DNA of 38,443 nucleotides from an uncultured Collinsella sp. (GTDB lineage: Bacteria > Actinomycetota > Coriobacteriia > Coriobacteriales > Coriobacteriaceae), in assembly GCA_905211615.1 (NCBI GenBank), contig CAJMBB010000001.1, positions 1 through 38,443 of the forward strand, in the 5' to 3' direction. Below, one piece after another: positions 20,470 to 31,472 of this stretch. How positions within the stretch are numbered: position 1 is the stretch's first letter; every line of letters starts with the position of its first letter. A program made the translations under genes and the position numbers. Below the pieces are notes generated by a model. It worked only from the letters and a program-made list of their open reading frames with translations. It was not told where the DNA came from and ran no database searches.

Positions 20470-21930
20470 ATGAGCGAGAACGATTCCCAGCGTCCCCAGG
20501 ATGCGGGCAACGCCGGCGAGACCCAGCAGCAGCCGCGCGTGCAGGTGGAGTCGACGCCTGCCGACAGCAACATTCCCTACGTGCAGGCCTACGACACACA
20601 GACCGGAAAGCCGCTGGGCAGCCAGCAGGTTGTAAACAAGCACACGGTGGTCAAGACCAAGACCAAAAAGCTGCCGATTTTTATTACGGCGCTTGCCGGC
20701 TGTGCCTGCGGCGCCCTGCTGGTCATTGCACTCATTATGAGCGGTACGCTCAATATCGGTGGCGGCAAGAATGCCGTGACGGCGGGTGCTTCGGGTTCGT
20801 CGACGCAAAAGATTACGATTGATTCCGAGGACACCACGCTGGCCGAGGCCGTTTCTGCCAAGGCCCTGCCCTCCGTCGTTTCCATCACCGCCACTTCGAG
20901 CGGTAGCCAGAATGGCTCGCTTTCGCAGTCTGCCGACGAGTCGGATGGTTCGGGCAGCGTCGGTTCGGGCGTTGTGCTCGATACCGAGGGCCATATCCTC
21001 ACCAACAACCATGTGGTCGATGGCTATGACCAGTACGTGGTTACCATGGACGACGGCACCACCTACGAGGCCGAGTTCGTGGGCAACGATGCCTCGAGCG
21101 ACCTGGCTGTCATCAAGCTCAAGGACGCCGATGCCTCCAAGCTCACGCCGATCGAGATCGGTGATTCCTCCAAGCTCAACGTGGGCGAGTGGGTCATGGC
21201 GATCGGTTCGCCGTTCGGCAACGAGCAGTCTGTCTCCACGGGTATCGTCTCGGCGCTCTATCGCTCCACGGCCATGAGCTCTACCAGCGGCAACACCATC
21301 TATGCCAACATGATCCAGACCGATGCCGCCATCAACCCGGGCAACTCCGGCGGCGCGCTCGTCAACGACAATGGCGAGCTTGTGGGTATCAACTCGCTCA
21401 TCGAGAGCTACTCGGGTTCCAGCTCGGGCGTGGGCTTTGCCATTCCCGTTAACTACGCCAAGAACATTGCCGACCAGATCATCGACGGCAAGACGCCGGT
21501 TCATCCATACCTGGGCGCCACGCTTTCGAGCGTCAATGCGCTCAATGCCCGCACCAACAAGCTGAGCACCGATAGCGGCGCGTATGTGGCGAGCGTCGTT
21601 GAGGATGGTCCTGCCGCCAAGGCTGGCATCCAAGAGGGCGACGTCATCACCAAGCTGGGCGACGACGAGATCACAAGCGCCGATGGCCTGATCATCGCAC
21701 TGCGCAGCCACGAGGTGGGCGAGAAGGTCGAGATCACGCTCATGCGCGGCAAGGAAGAGAAGAAGGTCACCGTCGAGCTGGGCTCCGATGAGGAGCTGCA
21801 GAACCAGCAGCAGGATGACAGTTCGACCGACACCGGCAACGGCGGTATTACCGACGAGCAGCTGCGCCAGTACCTGGAGGAGCTGCTAGGCCAGCAGGGG
21901 CAGGGCCAGGGCTACGGCCAGGGTTACTAA
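20470..21930 (+). CDS. htrA: HtrA/DegP-family membrane-anchored serine protease with PDZ domain
   Basis: TM anchor; catalytic triad motifs TNNHVV, SDLAVI and AINPGNSGG; one PDZ domain; ATG 20470 follows GAAAGG. Confidence 0.95.
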   Translation: MSENDSQRPQDAGNAGETQQQPRVQVESTPADSNIPYVQAYDTQTGKPLGSQQVVNKHTVVKTKTKKLPIFITALAGCACGALLVIALIMSGTLNIGGGKNAVTAGASGSSTQKITIDSEDTTLAEAVSAKALPSVVSITATSSGSQNGSLSQSADESDGSGSVGSGVVLDTEGHILTNNHVVDGYDQYVVTMDDGTTYEAEFVGNDASSDLAVIKLKDADASKLTPIEIGDSSKLNVGEWVMAIGSPFGNEQSVSTGIVSALYRSTAMSSTSGNTIYANMIQTDAAINPGNSGGALVNDNGELVGINSLIESYSGSSSGVGFAIPVNYAKNIADQIIDGKTPVHPYLGATLSSVNALNARTNKLSTDSGAYVASVVEDGPAAKAGIQEGDVITKLGDDEITSADGLIIALRSHEVGEKVEITLMRGKEEKKVTVELGSDEELQNQQQDDSSTDTGNGGITDEQLRQYLEELLGQQGQGQGYGQGY

Positions 21931-21956
21931 CGAGCCGTATCGCACATATCGAAGCC

Positions 21957-21998
21957 AGAGGGGCTGTCCCATCAACGCGGGACAGCCCCTCTTTTCTT
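21957..21998 (+). terminator. Intrinsic terminator after htrA
   Basis: AGAGGGGCTGTCCC-ATCAACGC-GGGACAGCCCCTCT followed by TTTCTT. Confidence 0.85.
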
Positions 21999-22145
21999 AT
22001 TGATCCGTTGGGGACGGAGGAAAACTGATCATTTAGAAATGGCAAGGGCATGATTTGATTGCGCAATCCACCCCGGTCTGGCGGCTGCCGATTCGGTGCG
22101 GTTCGAGACCGCTATTCGGCCTCATTGCGACCGGTGGTACTCTAG

Positions 22146-24407
<2,262 letters not shown>

Positions 24408-24426
24408 CGCATCGATAACCAAATTG

Positions 24427-24470
24427 AAGAACCGCCCGGAAGCACGATGCCTTCCGGGCGGTTCTTATTT
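24427..24470 (+). terminator. Terminator after ligA, possibly bidirectional
   Basis: AAGAACCGCCCGGAAG-CACGATGC-CTTCCGGGCGGTTCTT followed by ATTT. Confidence 0.85.
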
Positions 24471-24548
24471 GGACGGGGCAACCGGCACCGTGATCTGCGT
24501 CACGTAGGTCGCGGGGTCGTCGCTGACGATATTGTCGATGAGGGCGAT
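24465..24548 (-). pseudogene. 3' remnant of a probable BltR/BmrR-like MerR regulator, copy A
   Basis: Minus-strand translation IALIDNIVSDDPATYVTQITVPVAPSK* resembles a GyrI-like effector-domain C-terminus; no upstream coding part. Confidence 0.5.
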
Positions 24549-24701
24549 CCTGCGAACCGGTGCCGTCCCAGAGCGATAAGAGATTCATGCAGGGCAGAGG
24601 GACCTCACAATGACGGTTCTCCATTGCGGCGGTCTTTATATATAAACATTAACATTAACGTGTATACTTAGCAGTGAAGATATATGTTGAGAGGAGCAGT
24701 T

Positions 24702-25094
24702 ATGGTTACCGTCGCGTTTTCGGAACTGCGCCAAAACCTTACGCAGGTGGCCGAAAAGGTTGCCAATGAGGGCGAGGAGGTTGTGGTCTTCAAGCGGAGC
24801 AAGCCGTTGTTCAAGATCGTGCCGCTCGACTATCAAGGCCCGGTTGCAGTGGAATATGACGCTGCCCAGGAGCGTGGGGGCGCAAAACCGACGTGCGACA
24901 CGGGCAAGCCCAAGCGCGACGTGGGTACGATGTGGCATCCCAAGATCACCTGGAAGGAGATCCGTGAGATGCTCGCGGAGAATGAGGACTACCAGGAGTA
25001 TCTCGATATCGTGGCTAACATGCCAAAGGGAACGCCGCTCGATACGATGACGGTTGAAGATGAAAAGCGCGTCGCGAGGGAGCGCTACCTATGA
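24702..25094 (+). CDS. Phd/YefM-family antitoxin with extended C-terminus
   Basis: MVTVAFSELRQNLTQVAEKVANEGEEVVVFKRSKPLFKIVP; GAGGAG RBS; ATGA overlap with the PIN gene. Confidence 0.85.
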   Translation: MVTVAFSELRQNLTQVAEKVANEGEEVVVFKRSKPLFKIVPLDYQGPVAVEYDAAQERGGAKPTCDTGKPKRDVGTMWHPKITWKEIREMLAENEDYQEYLDIVANMPKGTPLDTMTVEDEKRVARERYL

Positions 25095-25513
25095 GGGCAT
25101 TTCTCGATACCAATTTTCTGCTCGATTGCGTGCTTCCGGGCCGGCCGGAGCACGCAGCGGCGCAAACGATCAAGGGGCTCGTTGACGTGGGGCTTATCGA
25201 GGGCGTTGTTTCGGCCTGCTCTCTCAAGGACGTGTACTACATTCTCACTAAACAGGCAGGCGAGGCGCGCGCCCGCGAGGTAGTGCGCGACTGTCTTAAG
25301 AGCTACTCGGTAGAGCCTCTCGACCAAGAAGCTTGTTTTACCTCCGCCTATTCCGATGAGCCGGACTTTGAGGACGGCTGTATCCGTGCGATGGCCGAGC
25401 GTGCCGGCGTGGACTTTATCATCACGCGTGACCGCGCCGCTTTTGTGCGCTCGACCATCAAGACCTTCTCGCCTGCAGAGTTCATCCGTGCGTTTCCGAT
25501 TCCGGAGGAGTAA
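25091..25513 (+). CDS. PIN-domain (VapC-like) toxin
   Basis: FLDTNFLLD, DFEDG and IITRD acidic motifs; translationally coupled to the antitoxin. Confidence 0.9.
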   Translation: MRAFLDTNFLLDCVLPGRPEHAAAQTIKGLVDVGLIEGVVSACSLKDVYYILTKQAGEARAREVVRDCLKSYSVEPLDQEACFTSAYSDEPDFEDGCIRAMAERAGVDFIITRDRAAFVRSTIKTFSPAEFIRAFPIPEE

Positions 25514-25547
25514 AACCGCCATATCGGGGACTGTCCCCGGCGTTTGG

Positions 25548-25766
25548 CGAGCTTGTTGGGAGGCTCCTGGTCCAGTGACTGTTACAAAAAACGGCTATAG
25601 CAAATTTGTTGTACTTCGATCTGAAGACTATGACTTCATGGTTCAGGAACAGGCTAAGGCTCGTCTGATGGCTCGTATAGCTGTGGCCGAGCAGGAGCGT
25701 GCTGCTGGCATGGCGCGTGATGCCTTTGAGGCTCTCGATGACCTTGAGGCAAAATATGGCCTATAA
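25548..25766 (+). pseudogene. 5'-truncated Phd/YefM-type antitoxin
   Basis: CWEAPGPVTVTKNGYSKFVVLRSEDYD..LEAKYGL*; the N-terminal segment and RBS are missing, and the break lies near the GGGGACTGTCCCC palindrome. Confidence 0.7.
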
Positions 25767-25794
25767 CGTCAAGATTCTGCCTTCAGCCGAACGT
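25756..25794 (+). pseudogene. N-terminal stub of a RelE/ParE-family toxin
   Basis: MAYNVKILPSAER overlaps the antitoxin stop, then runs into repeat copy B. Confidence 0.6.
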
Positions 25795-25808
25795 TTTCTG
25801 GGCGGTTC

Positions 25809-25898
25809 TTACTTTGCTGGGGCAACCGGCACCGTGATCTGCGTCACGTAGGTTGTGGGGTCGTCGCTGATGATGTCGTCGATCAGGGCGATCTCGCG
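25809..25898 (-). pseudogene. 3' remnant of a probable BltR/BmrR-like MerR regulator, copy B
   Basis: REIALIDDIISDDPTTYVTQITVPVAPAK* lies just downstream of the MATE stop; 84/94 nt identical to copy A by manual comparison. Confidence 0.5.
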
Positions 25899-25906
25899 TT
25901 GCCCCG

Positions 25907-27253
25907 CTACGCTGCCAACTTGTCAAAAGCCCCGCGCCGGTTGAGCACGGTAAACGCGATAACACAGATGACCGCCGACAGAATCGATCCGCACGGCGAG
26001 GCGATGCCCATGGGAAACAACGTATCGGAATAGGCATTCGACAGCAGCCACGCGCCCGGCACGCGAATGAGCGCCACGGCCAGCACGTTGTGCGCAAAGC
26101 CGATGTAGCTCTTGCCGTATGCAGCGAAAAAGCCGCTAAAGCAAATGTGGATGCCGGCAAAGATCGCGTCGATAATATAACTGTGCATATAGCCGGTGCC
26201 GGCGGCGACCACTGCGGGGTCCTTGGCAAAAAAGCCGATAAACGCCGGTGCCACCAGCCACATCAGCACCGTGATCAGGCAGCCGTACACCACCGAGATG
26301 GTCATGGCGTCTTTGAGTACCTGACGTGCGCGGTCGCCCTTGCCCGCGCCGGCGTTTTGCGCCGTGAGCGCGCTGACGGTGGCGCCCATGGAACTCGGCA
26401 CAATGAACAAAAAGCTGATCATCTTCTCGACCAGGCCCACGGCGGCGGCGTCGACGAGCCCTCGGTGGTTGGCGATGACGGTGATAAACATAAACGCCAC
26501 CTGGATGCAGCCGTCCTGCACGGCCACAGGCACGCCGATCTTAAGAATGCTGCCGAGCACCTCGGGCTGGGGGCGCAGGTCGCTGCGCTTAACGTGGATG
26601 TTCGTGCGGCGGCTCTTGAGCCACACGAGCGCGAGGGCAACGCTGGCCGTCTGGGCGGTTACCGTGCCGAGCGCCGCGCCCACGGGGCCGAGCCCCATGT
26701 GGCCGATAAACAGAAAGTCGAGCGCGATGTTGATGATGCATGCCACGCCGATCACGTACATAGGCGAGCGCGAATCGCCCAGGCCGCGAAAGATGGCCGA
26801 GAGGATGTTGTATGCGGCGATAAACGGAATGCCGACAAAGCAGATGCGTAGGTAGGCGGCGGTTCCTTCGACTGCCTCAGCCGGCGTGCCAATGAGTGCC
26901 ACGATCTGCGGGCACAGCGTAAGCAGGACAGCGGCCAGCACCACCGAGACACCCATAAAGAGCGTGATAGTGTTGCCGATGGCGGTCTCGGCGCGGTCGA
27001 AGCGGCGCGAGCCCACGGCGTGGCCGACGACCACCGTGGTTCCCATGGCCAGGCCCACGAGCGCCACGGTGATCATATAGAGCGTCTGCGCGCCATTTGC
27101 CACGGCGGTGATGCCGGCGGCGCCGCTAAACTGCCCCATCATGTACAGGTCGGCCATGCCGTAGAGCATCTGCAAAAAGTACGAGAGCATATAAGGCAGG
27201 GCAAAGACTGCGATGGTCTTAAGGACATTGCCGCGTGTGAGGTCGTGTTCCAT
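25907..27253 (-). CDS. MATE-family efflux transporter
   Basis: DLTRGNVLKTIAVFALP, YGMADLYMMG, FRGLGDSRSP, NIALDFLFI and QNAGAG; start reassigned to ATG 27253. Confidence 0.95.
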   Translation of the reverse strand: MEHDLTRGNVLKTIAVFALPYMLSYFLQMLYGMADLYMMGQFSGAAGITAVANGAQTLYMITVALVGLAMGTTVVVGHAVGSRRFDRAETAIGNTITLFMGVSVVLAAVLLTLCPQIVALIGTPAEAVEGTAAYLRICFVGIPFIAAYNILSAIFRGLGDSRSPMYVIGVACIINIALDFLFIGHMGLGPVGAALGTVTAQTASVALALVWLKSRRTNIHVKRSDLRPQPEVLGSILKIGVPVAVQDGCIQVAFMFITVIANHRGLVDAAAVGLVEKMISFLFIVPSSMGATVSALTAQNAGAGKGDRARQVLKDAMTISVVYGCLITVLMWLVAPAFIGFFAKDPAVVAAGTGYMHSYIIDAIFAGIHICFSGFFAAYGKSYIGFAHNVLAVALIRVPGAWLLSNAYSDTLFPMGIASPCGSILSAVICVIAFTVLNRRGAFDKLAA

Positions 27254-27288
27254 GGGCGGGGCTTTCTGGCTTGGTTCGTTTAGGTACC

Positions 27289-27324
27289 AGTGTAGTGAAA
27301 ACCCTACAACGATTGTAGAGTCAA
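27289..27324 (-). promoter_or_regulatory. MerR-type promoter/operator of the MATE gene
   Basis: Minus strand: TTGACT followed at once by the dyad CTACAA-TCG-TTGTAG; TTCACT at a 19-bp spacer and TACACT 5 bp further on. Confidence 0.7.
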
Positions 27325-27408
27325 GGTTTGTGTTGGCGGTGGGGCGAAAAAAATAGTCACGCTCCAAGCACGATGCCTTGATCTCTCCGTGCCCCTCACC
27401 TCGCCTCG

Positions 27409-27471
27409 AACCATCACAACATTCGACGTTTTTTGCCAAAAACGGGAAAAGCATCGAATGTTGTGATGGTT
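27409..27471. repeat. Palindrome family A, copy 1 (18-bp arms, 27-bp A/T-tract spacer)
   Basis: AACCATCACAACATTCGA-CGTTTTTTGCCAAAAACGGGAAAAGCA-TCGAATGTTGTGATGGTT. Confidence 0.95.
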
Positions 27472-27573
27472 TTTCTGCCACTCGACCGGGTGGAATCGCT
27501 TTCTTGTGCACGAAGGTGTGCGGACCCGTGGGCAGGGGAATAAGGTTGGTTATCCGACTCCATTGGAGGGCTC

Positions 27574-28611
27574 ATGGACCTGCCGATCGTCCTGTCCCAT
27601 AAGACTGCCTGGCTGTACCACAACGTGGCGCGCCCGTCCGAGCCGCTCTCGTGAGCAAACAGCCTATACGATGAGGAATCGCTTGCTAACGAGGCGGAAC
27701 CGACCGCGAGCCTGCCCAAATTGGGACTCGATGCCAAGGGGCTGAGGGCTTCAACGGCTGTCGGGATTGTTACCGACCATCTGGTTTCACTTGGTATTCC
27801 ACGAGAAGAGCTCGATCATATTGACACGCTCGTCAACTTTGATTTTGAGCGCTCGACGCCGGCTGGATTTAGGTGCCACGTGTTTGGAGCGCCGGTACCT
27901 CCAGACCATCTTATCGAGGTGGCAGAGGGCCTTCTGGTGGTTGATGAGGCCATGTGCTTTGTCCAAGCGGGTTCGTGGATGAGCGAGCCCGAGCAGCTGG
28001 AATATGGCTACGAAATCTGCGCCCGATACCATTTGAATCATCTGTCGACAGGCGATTATATCGAGATGGGGCAGAGGTATACCGTTGCCGACTTGATTGC
28101 CTATTGCAATGAGAACCGATCTCGTCAGGGGGCTATACGCGCGGCCGCCGTGCTCAGGCGCGTGCACGATGGCGCGCGGTCGCCCATGGAGACGGCCACC
28201 GCAATCATGGTCGTAGCAAAACGTTCCCAGGGAGGGCTGGGATACGCCAAGATCGAGCTCAACCATCGGGTCGATGTTCCCAACGAGTTCAAGTATCTCG
28301 CAAAGGCCGGGTATTTCGAGATTGACGTATATGCGCCTGCGAGCGGTACGGGGATTGAATACAACGGCTCGGACCATCTTGATAAACAGCGCAGCGCGTC
28401 GGATGCGGAGCGTATGACCGTGCTGAGCGCGCTGGGCTTTAGGGTGATCGTCCTCACCGGGACTCAGTTTGCCCACCAGCTGCAATTGCACCGGGCGATG
28501 AACGCCATCGCACTCGCTATGGGCCTTAAGTGCGACCGAAGCGAAGCGTTCCAGAAACGTCAGAACGACCTGCGAGAATTCGTGATTCGGCACTGGGACG
28601 GCGGCCTTTAG
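27574..28611 (+). pseudogene. AbiEi-like / DUF559 (Vsr-like PD-(D/E)XK) nuclease-type gene with a premature TGA at codon 27
   Basis: GGAGGG RBS and ATG 27574 are in frame with ORF 27721-28611. The protein begins MDLPIVLSHKTAW, with TGA at 27652-27654. C-terminal motifs: ARSPMET, EIDV..GIEYNGSDH, DAER..LSALGFRVIVLT. Confidence 0.7.
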
Positions 28612-28649
28612 GGACGCTTTGGTCCTTCTGCGGGGCCTGCGGGCAGGCA

Positions 28650-28711
28650 AACCATCACAACATTCGACGTTTTTTGCCAAAAACGGGAAAAGCATCGAAT
28701 GTTGTGATGGT
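28650..28711. repeat. Palindrome family A, copy 2
   Basis: 62 bp identical to 27409-27470, in the same orientation. Confidence 0.95.
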
Positions 28712-28842
28712 CTGTGTTGAGGATGGGCTCGGGAAGTACGTCTTGCTCGAAGTGGCCTGTCCTGTCGTACGGGTGTCGACCCATTCTTCCCGTGGGGTAT
28801 TATGTTTTCCGAAGAATAAAACGCCGCGTGAGGGAGGGCTGC

Positions 28843-29898
28843 GTGGACGGGCACGTGCAACATGACGGTTTTGGCCGCGACATCAACTACCTGCGCATTG
28901 CCGTTACCGACAAGTGCAATTTCCGCTGCATCTATTGCATGCCGGCCGATGGCGTGGCACCCCGCGCGCACGACGAGCTGCTCAGCGCCGAGGAGATCGC
29001 CCGCTTTGTGCGCCTGGTGACGGGGGAGGGCATTCGCCGCGTACGCCTGACGGGCGGCGAGCCGCTGGTCAGCCGCCGTATCATCCCGCTCATTCGTGAC
29101 ATCCGCGTGATTCCGCAGATCGAGGACATCTCGCTCACCACCAACGGTGCCCTGCTGCCCCAGCTGGCGCCGCAGCTCAAAGATGCCGGTCTTAACCGCG
29201 TCAACATCTCGCTCGACACACTCGACCCTACGCTCTTTGGAAAGATCACGCGTCTGGGCCGACTCGAGCAGACCATGGCTGGCATCGACGCGGCGCTGGC
29301 TTGGGGCTTTGAACCCGTTAAGGTCAACTGCGTTGTTGTGCGCCGGCTCAACCAGGACGTGGCGGCCCTCGCGCGGCTCACGCTCGACCGCCCCATCCAC
29401 CTGCGCTTTATCGAATACATGCCCATCGGCGACGAGCGCACGAGCTCGCATTGCGCTGTGGACCCGCATGCGCCCGCGCTCAATCCCGAGCTGTGGGACG
29501 CGAGCGACACCGTGCCGAGTGACGAGCTGCGGGCGCGCATCAATGCCGGGGCCGCCGCGACGGGACTGGGCGAGCTCGAGCCGCTCGACATCAACGACGC
29601 TCCTGCCGGCGCGGGCCCTGCGCGCTACTGGCACTTTCCGGGCGCGGCGGGAACGGTCGGCTTTATTAGCGCCATGTCCAACCATTTTTGCGCGAGCTGC
29701 AATCGTCTGCGCCTGACGGCCGATGGCAATGTGCGTCCGTGCCTGTTTAGCGATGCCGAGTATTCGGTGCGTGAGGCGCTGCGCCGTGGTGATGATATGC
29801 AGGTACTTTCGATTTGGCGCGATGCCGTGGCCCACAAACCGCAGGAACACGCGATAATTGAGGGCACGCAACGATTTATGTCCCAAATCGGAGGATGA
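28843..29898 (+). CDS. moaA: GTP 3',8-cyclase MoaA
   Basis: YLRIAVTDKCNFRCIYC radical SAM motif, LTGGEPL, FIEYMP, FCASCNRLRLT..CL and terminal MSQIGG; GTG start after GGAGGG. Confidence 0.96.
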   Translation: MDGHVQHDGFGRDINYLRIAVTDKCNFRCIYCMPADGVAPRAHDELLSAEEIARFVRLVTGEGIRRVRLTGGEPLVSRRIIPLIRDIRVIPQIEDISLTTNGALLPQLAPQLKDAGLNRVNISLDTLDPTLFGKITRLGRLEQTMAGIDAALAWGFEPVKVNCVVVRRLNQDVAALARLTLDRPIHLRFIEYMPIGDERTSSHCAVDPHAPALNPELWDASDTVPSDELRARINAGAAATGLGELEPLDINDAPAGAGPARYWHFPGAAGTVGFISAMSNHFCASCNRLRLTADGNVRPCLFSDAEYSVREALRRGDDMQVLSIWRDAVAHKPQEHAIIEGTQRFMSQIGG

Positions 29899-29902
29899 TC
29901 AT

Positions 29903-31207
29903 ATGGCCAAGAGCAGGTACGCCGATGCCACCAAGGCCGCTCGCAGGGCCGCGATGTCTGCCCACAAAGTCACGGCTGCGGCGAATGCTGGCAACGCCGA
30001 CGCGTCCGCACAGCCGACTGCCAGCGCTGCCGCCGAGCCCGCCCGCGACGCCCGTCGCGACGAGCTGACGCACGTGGACGCCAAGGGCGAGGTGCGCATG
30101 GTCGACGTGTCCGACAAGGCCGAGACCCATCGCATTGCCATCGCCGAAGGCACCATCCTCATGCACCCCGAGACGCAGGCCATGGTGCTGCAAGACCGCG
30201 CCAAGAAGGGCGACGTGCTTGCCTGCGCGCGCGTGGCGGGCATTATGGCCATCAAGCGCACGAGCGACATCATCCCCATGTGCCATCCGTTGCTCATTAC
30301 CAAGAGCAAGTGCGACATTGCGCCCATCGCTCCGGCGGGGACGCCGGCCGAGGACGTGCCCGAGGGCTGGGCGCCGGCGCGTGCGGACGGGCAGGTTGGC
30401 TTTCACGTGTTGGTCACGGCGGGCGTGACGGGCAAGACGGGTATCGAGATGGAGGCCCTGACCGGCGCGAGTGCCGCGTGCCTAACAATCTATGACATGT
30501 GCAAGGCGGTCGATCGCGGCATGGAGATCGTCGACGTTCGCCTGCTGCACAAGGAGGGCGGCCGCTCGGGTGTGTGGGATCGTGCAGAGCGCCAGGCCGC
30601 TGCTGTTGAGGCCGTGGCCGCTGACGGTGCCGCGCCCGCGAGCGCACCCGTCGCCGTTGCGTCCGCAGCTCCGGCACCGGCCGTCCCCGCGATCGCGTTT
30701 ATCGGCTACCAAAACTCGGGCAAGACCACGCTCGTCGAGAAGGTTATCGCCGAGCTCACCCGCCGCGGCCTGCGCGTGGGTTCGCTCAAGCATCATGGGC
30801 ATCACGGCTTTGATATCGACGTGCCCGCTAAGGATACCTGGCGCCATCACCAGGCCGGATCCAAGCACGTGGGCCTCATCTGCGCCACGCGCTGGGCGGA
30901 GTACGCCGACACGCGCGAGGAGGACGAGATGCCCGCGCGTGAGCTGCTGTCGCGCTACAACGATGTCGACGTGGTGATCATCGAGGGCTACAAGACCGAG
31001 GGCTTCGACAACATCGTGGTCGCGCGCTCTGGTGTCGACCGTCTGCGCGGCAAGAGCTCGCTCGACCTGGTCGACGGTCACACGCTGGCCCTTGCCTGCA
31101 ACGAGGCCCTGGCGCGTCAGGCCTTCGACGCCGGCTTTGCGACCCGAGCCATCAACATCAACGACGCCCGAGCTATCTGCGATCTGATTCAGGACCATCT
31201 GGCCTAA
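29903..31207 (+). CDS. moaC: MoaC-MobB fusion protein
   Basis: MoaC motifs LTHVD..MVDVSDK, KKGDVL, IPMCHPL, TGIEMEAL and IYDMCKAVD; an Ala/Pro linker; then MobB motifs GYQNSGKTT, LKHHGHHGFDID and IIEGYK. Confidence 0.92.
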   Translation: MAKSRYADATKAARRAAMSAHKVTAAANAGNADASAQPTASAAAEPARDARRDELTHVDAKGEVRMVDVSDKAETHRIAIAEGTILMHPETQAMVLQDRAKKGDVLACARVAGIMAIKRTSDIIPMCHPLLITKSKCDIAPIAPAGTPAEDVPEGWAPARADGQVGFHVLVTAGVTGKTGIEMEALTGASAACLTIYDMCKAVDRGMEIVDVRLLHKEGGRSGVWDRAERQAAAVEAVAADGAAPASAPVAVASAAPAPAVPAIAFIGYQNSGKTTLVEKVIAELTRRGLRVGSLKHHGHHGFDIDVPAKDTWRHHQAGSKHVGLICATRWAEYADTREEDEMPARELLSRYNDVDVVIIEGYKTEGFDNIVVARSGVDRLRGKSSLDLVDGHTLALACNEALARQAFDAGFATRAININDARAICDLIQDHLA

Positions 31208-31246
31208 AACCTGCCAAAAAGGGACAGGTTTGTTTTGGCAGGTTTT
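31206..31246. terminator. Hairpin after moaC-mobB with a GGGACAGG loop; terminator or REP-like element
   Basis: AAAACCTGCCAAAA-AGGGACAGGTTTG-TTTTGGCAGGTTTT. Confidence 0.65.
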
Positions 31247-31265
31247 ATCTGGGCAAACGTCATTT

Positions 31266-31298
31266 CCACCACAGAGGGGCCAGGCTTCTTTGTGATGG
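31266..31298 (+). repeat. REP-like hairpin family B, copy 2
   Basis: CCACCACAGAGGGGCCAGGCTTCTTTGTGATGG followed by TTTTTGCTTTGG. Confidence 0.7.
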
Positions 31299-31472
31299 TT
31301 TTTGCTTTGGTAGATGTGTGGGACATGCCTTACAATCTACCAAGTAGTTCATGACGGGCGAAAAACGGAGAGAAGGGGCTTGATGCGTCCTTAATGTTTC
31401 ATGCGGATAGATTGATTTGACAGACGGTGGCGAATGCTCGCCGCCCGTATTCGTATGAAACAAGGAGTCTCC

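Noticed and set aside
25356..25547. 5' part of ORF 25356-25766 as real coding sequence
   Set aside because: It overlaps the PIN gene out of frame; only the part from about 25548 resembles an antitoxin.
27652..27654. Selenocysteine recoding of the in-frame TGA
   Set aside because: The codon is in a linker-like region with no redox motif, and no convincing SECIS hairpin follows.
27409..28711. Classical insertion sequence
   Set aside because: No DDE, HUH or recombinase motifs, the ends are internal palindromes in direct repeat, and no target duplication was seen.
28712..28842. Moco riboswitch upstream of moaA
   Set aside because: No recognisable conserved elements by eye; an Rfam search would settle it.
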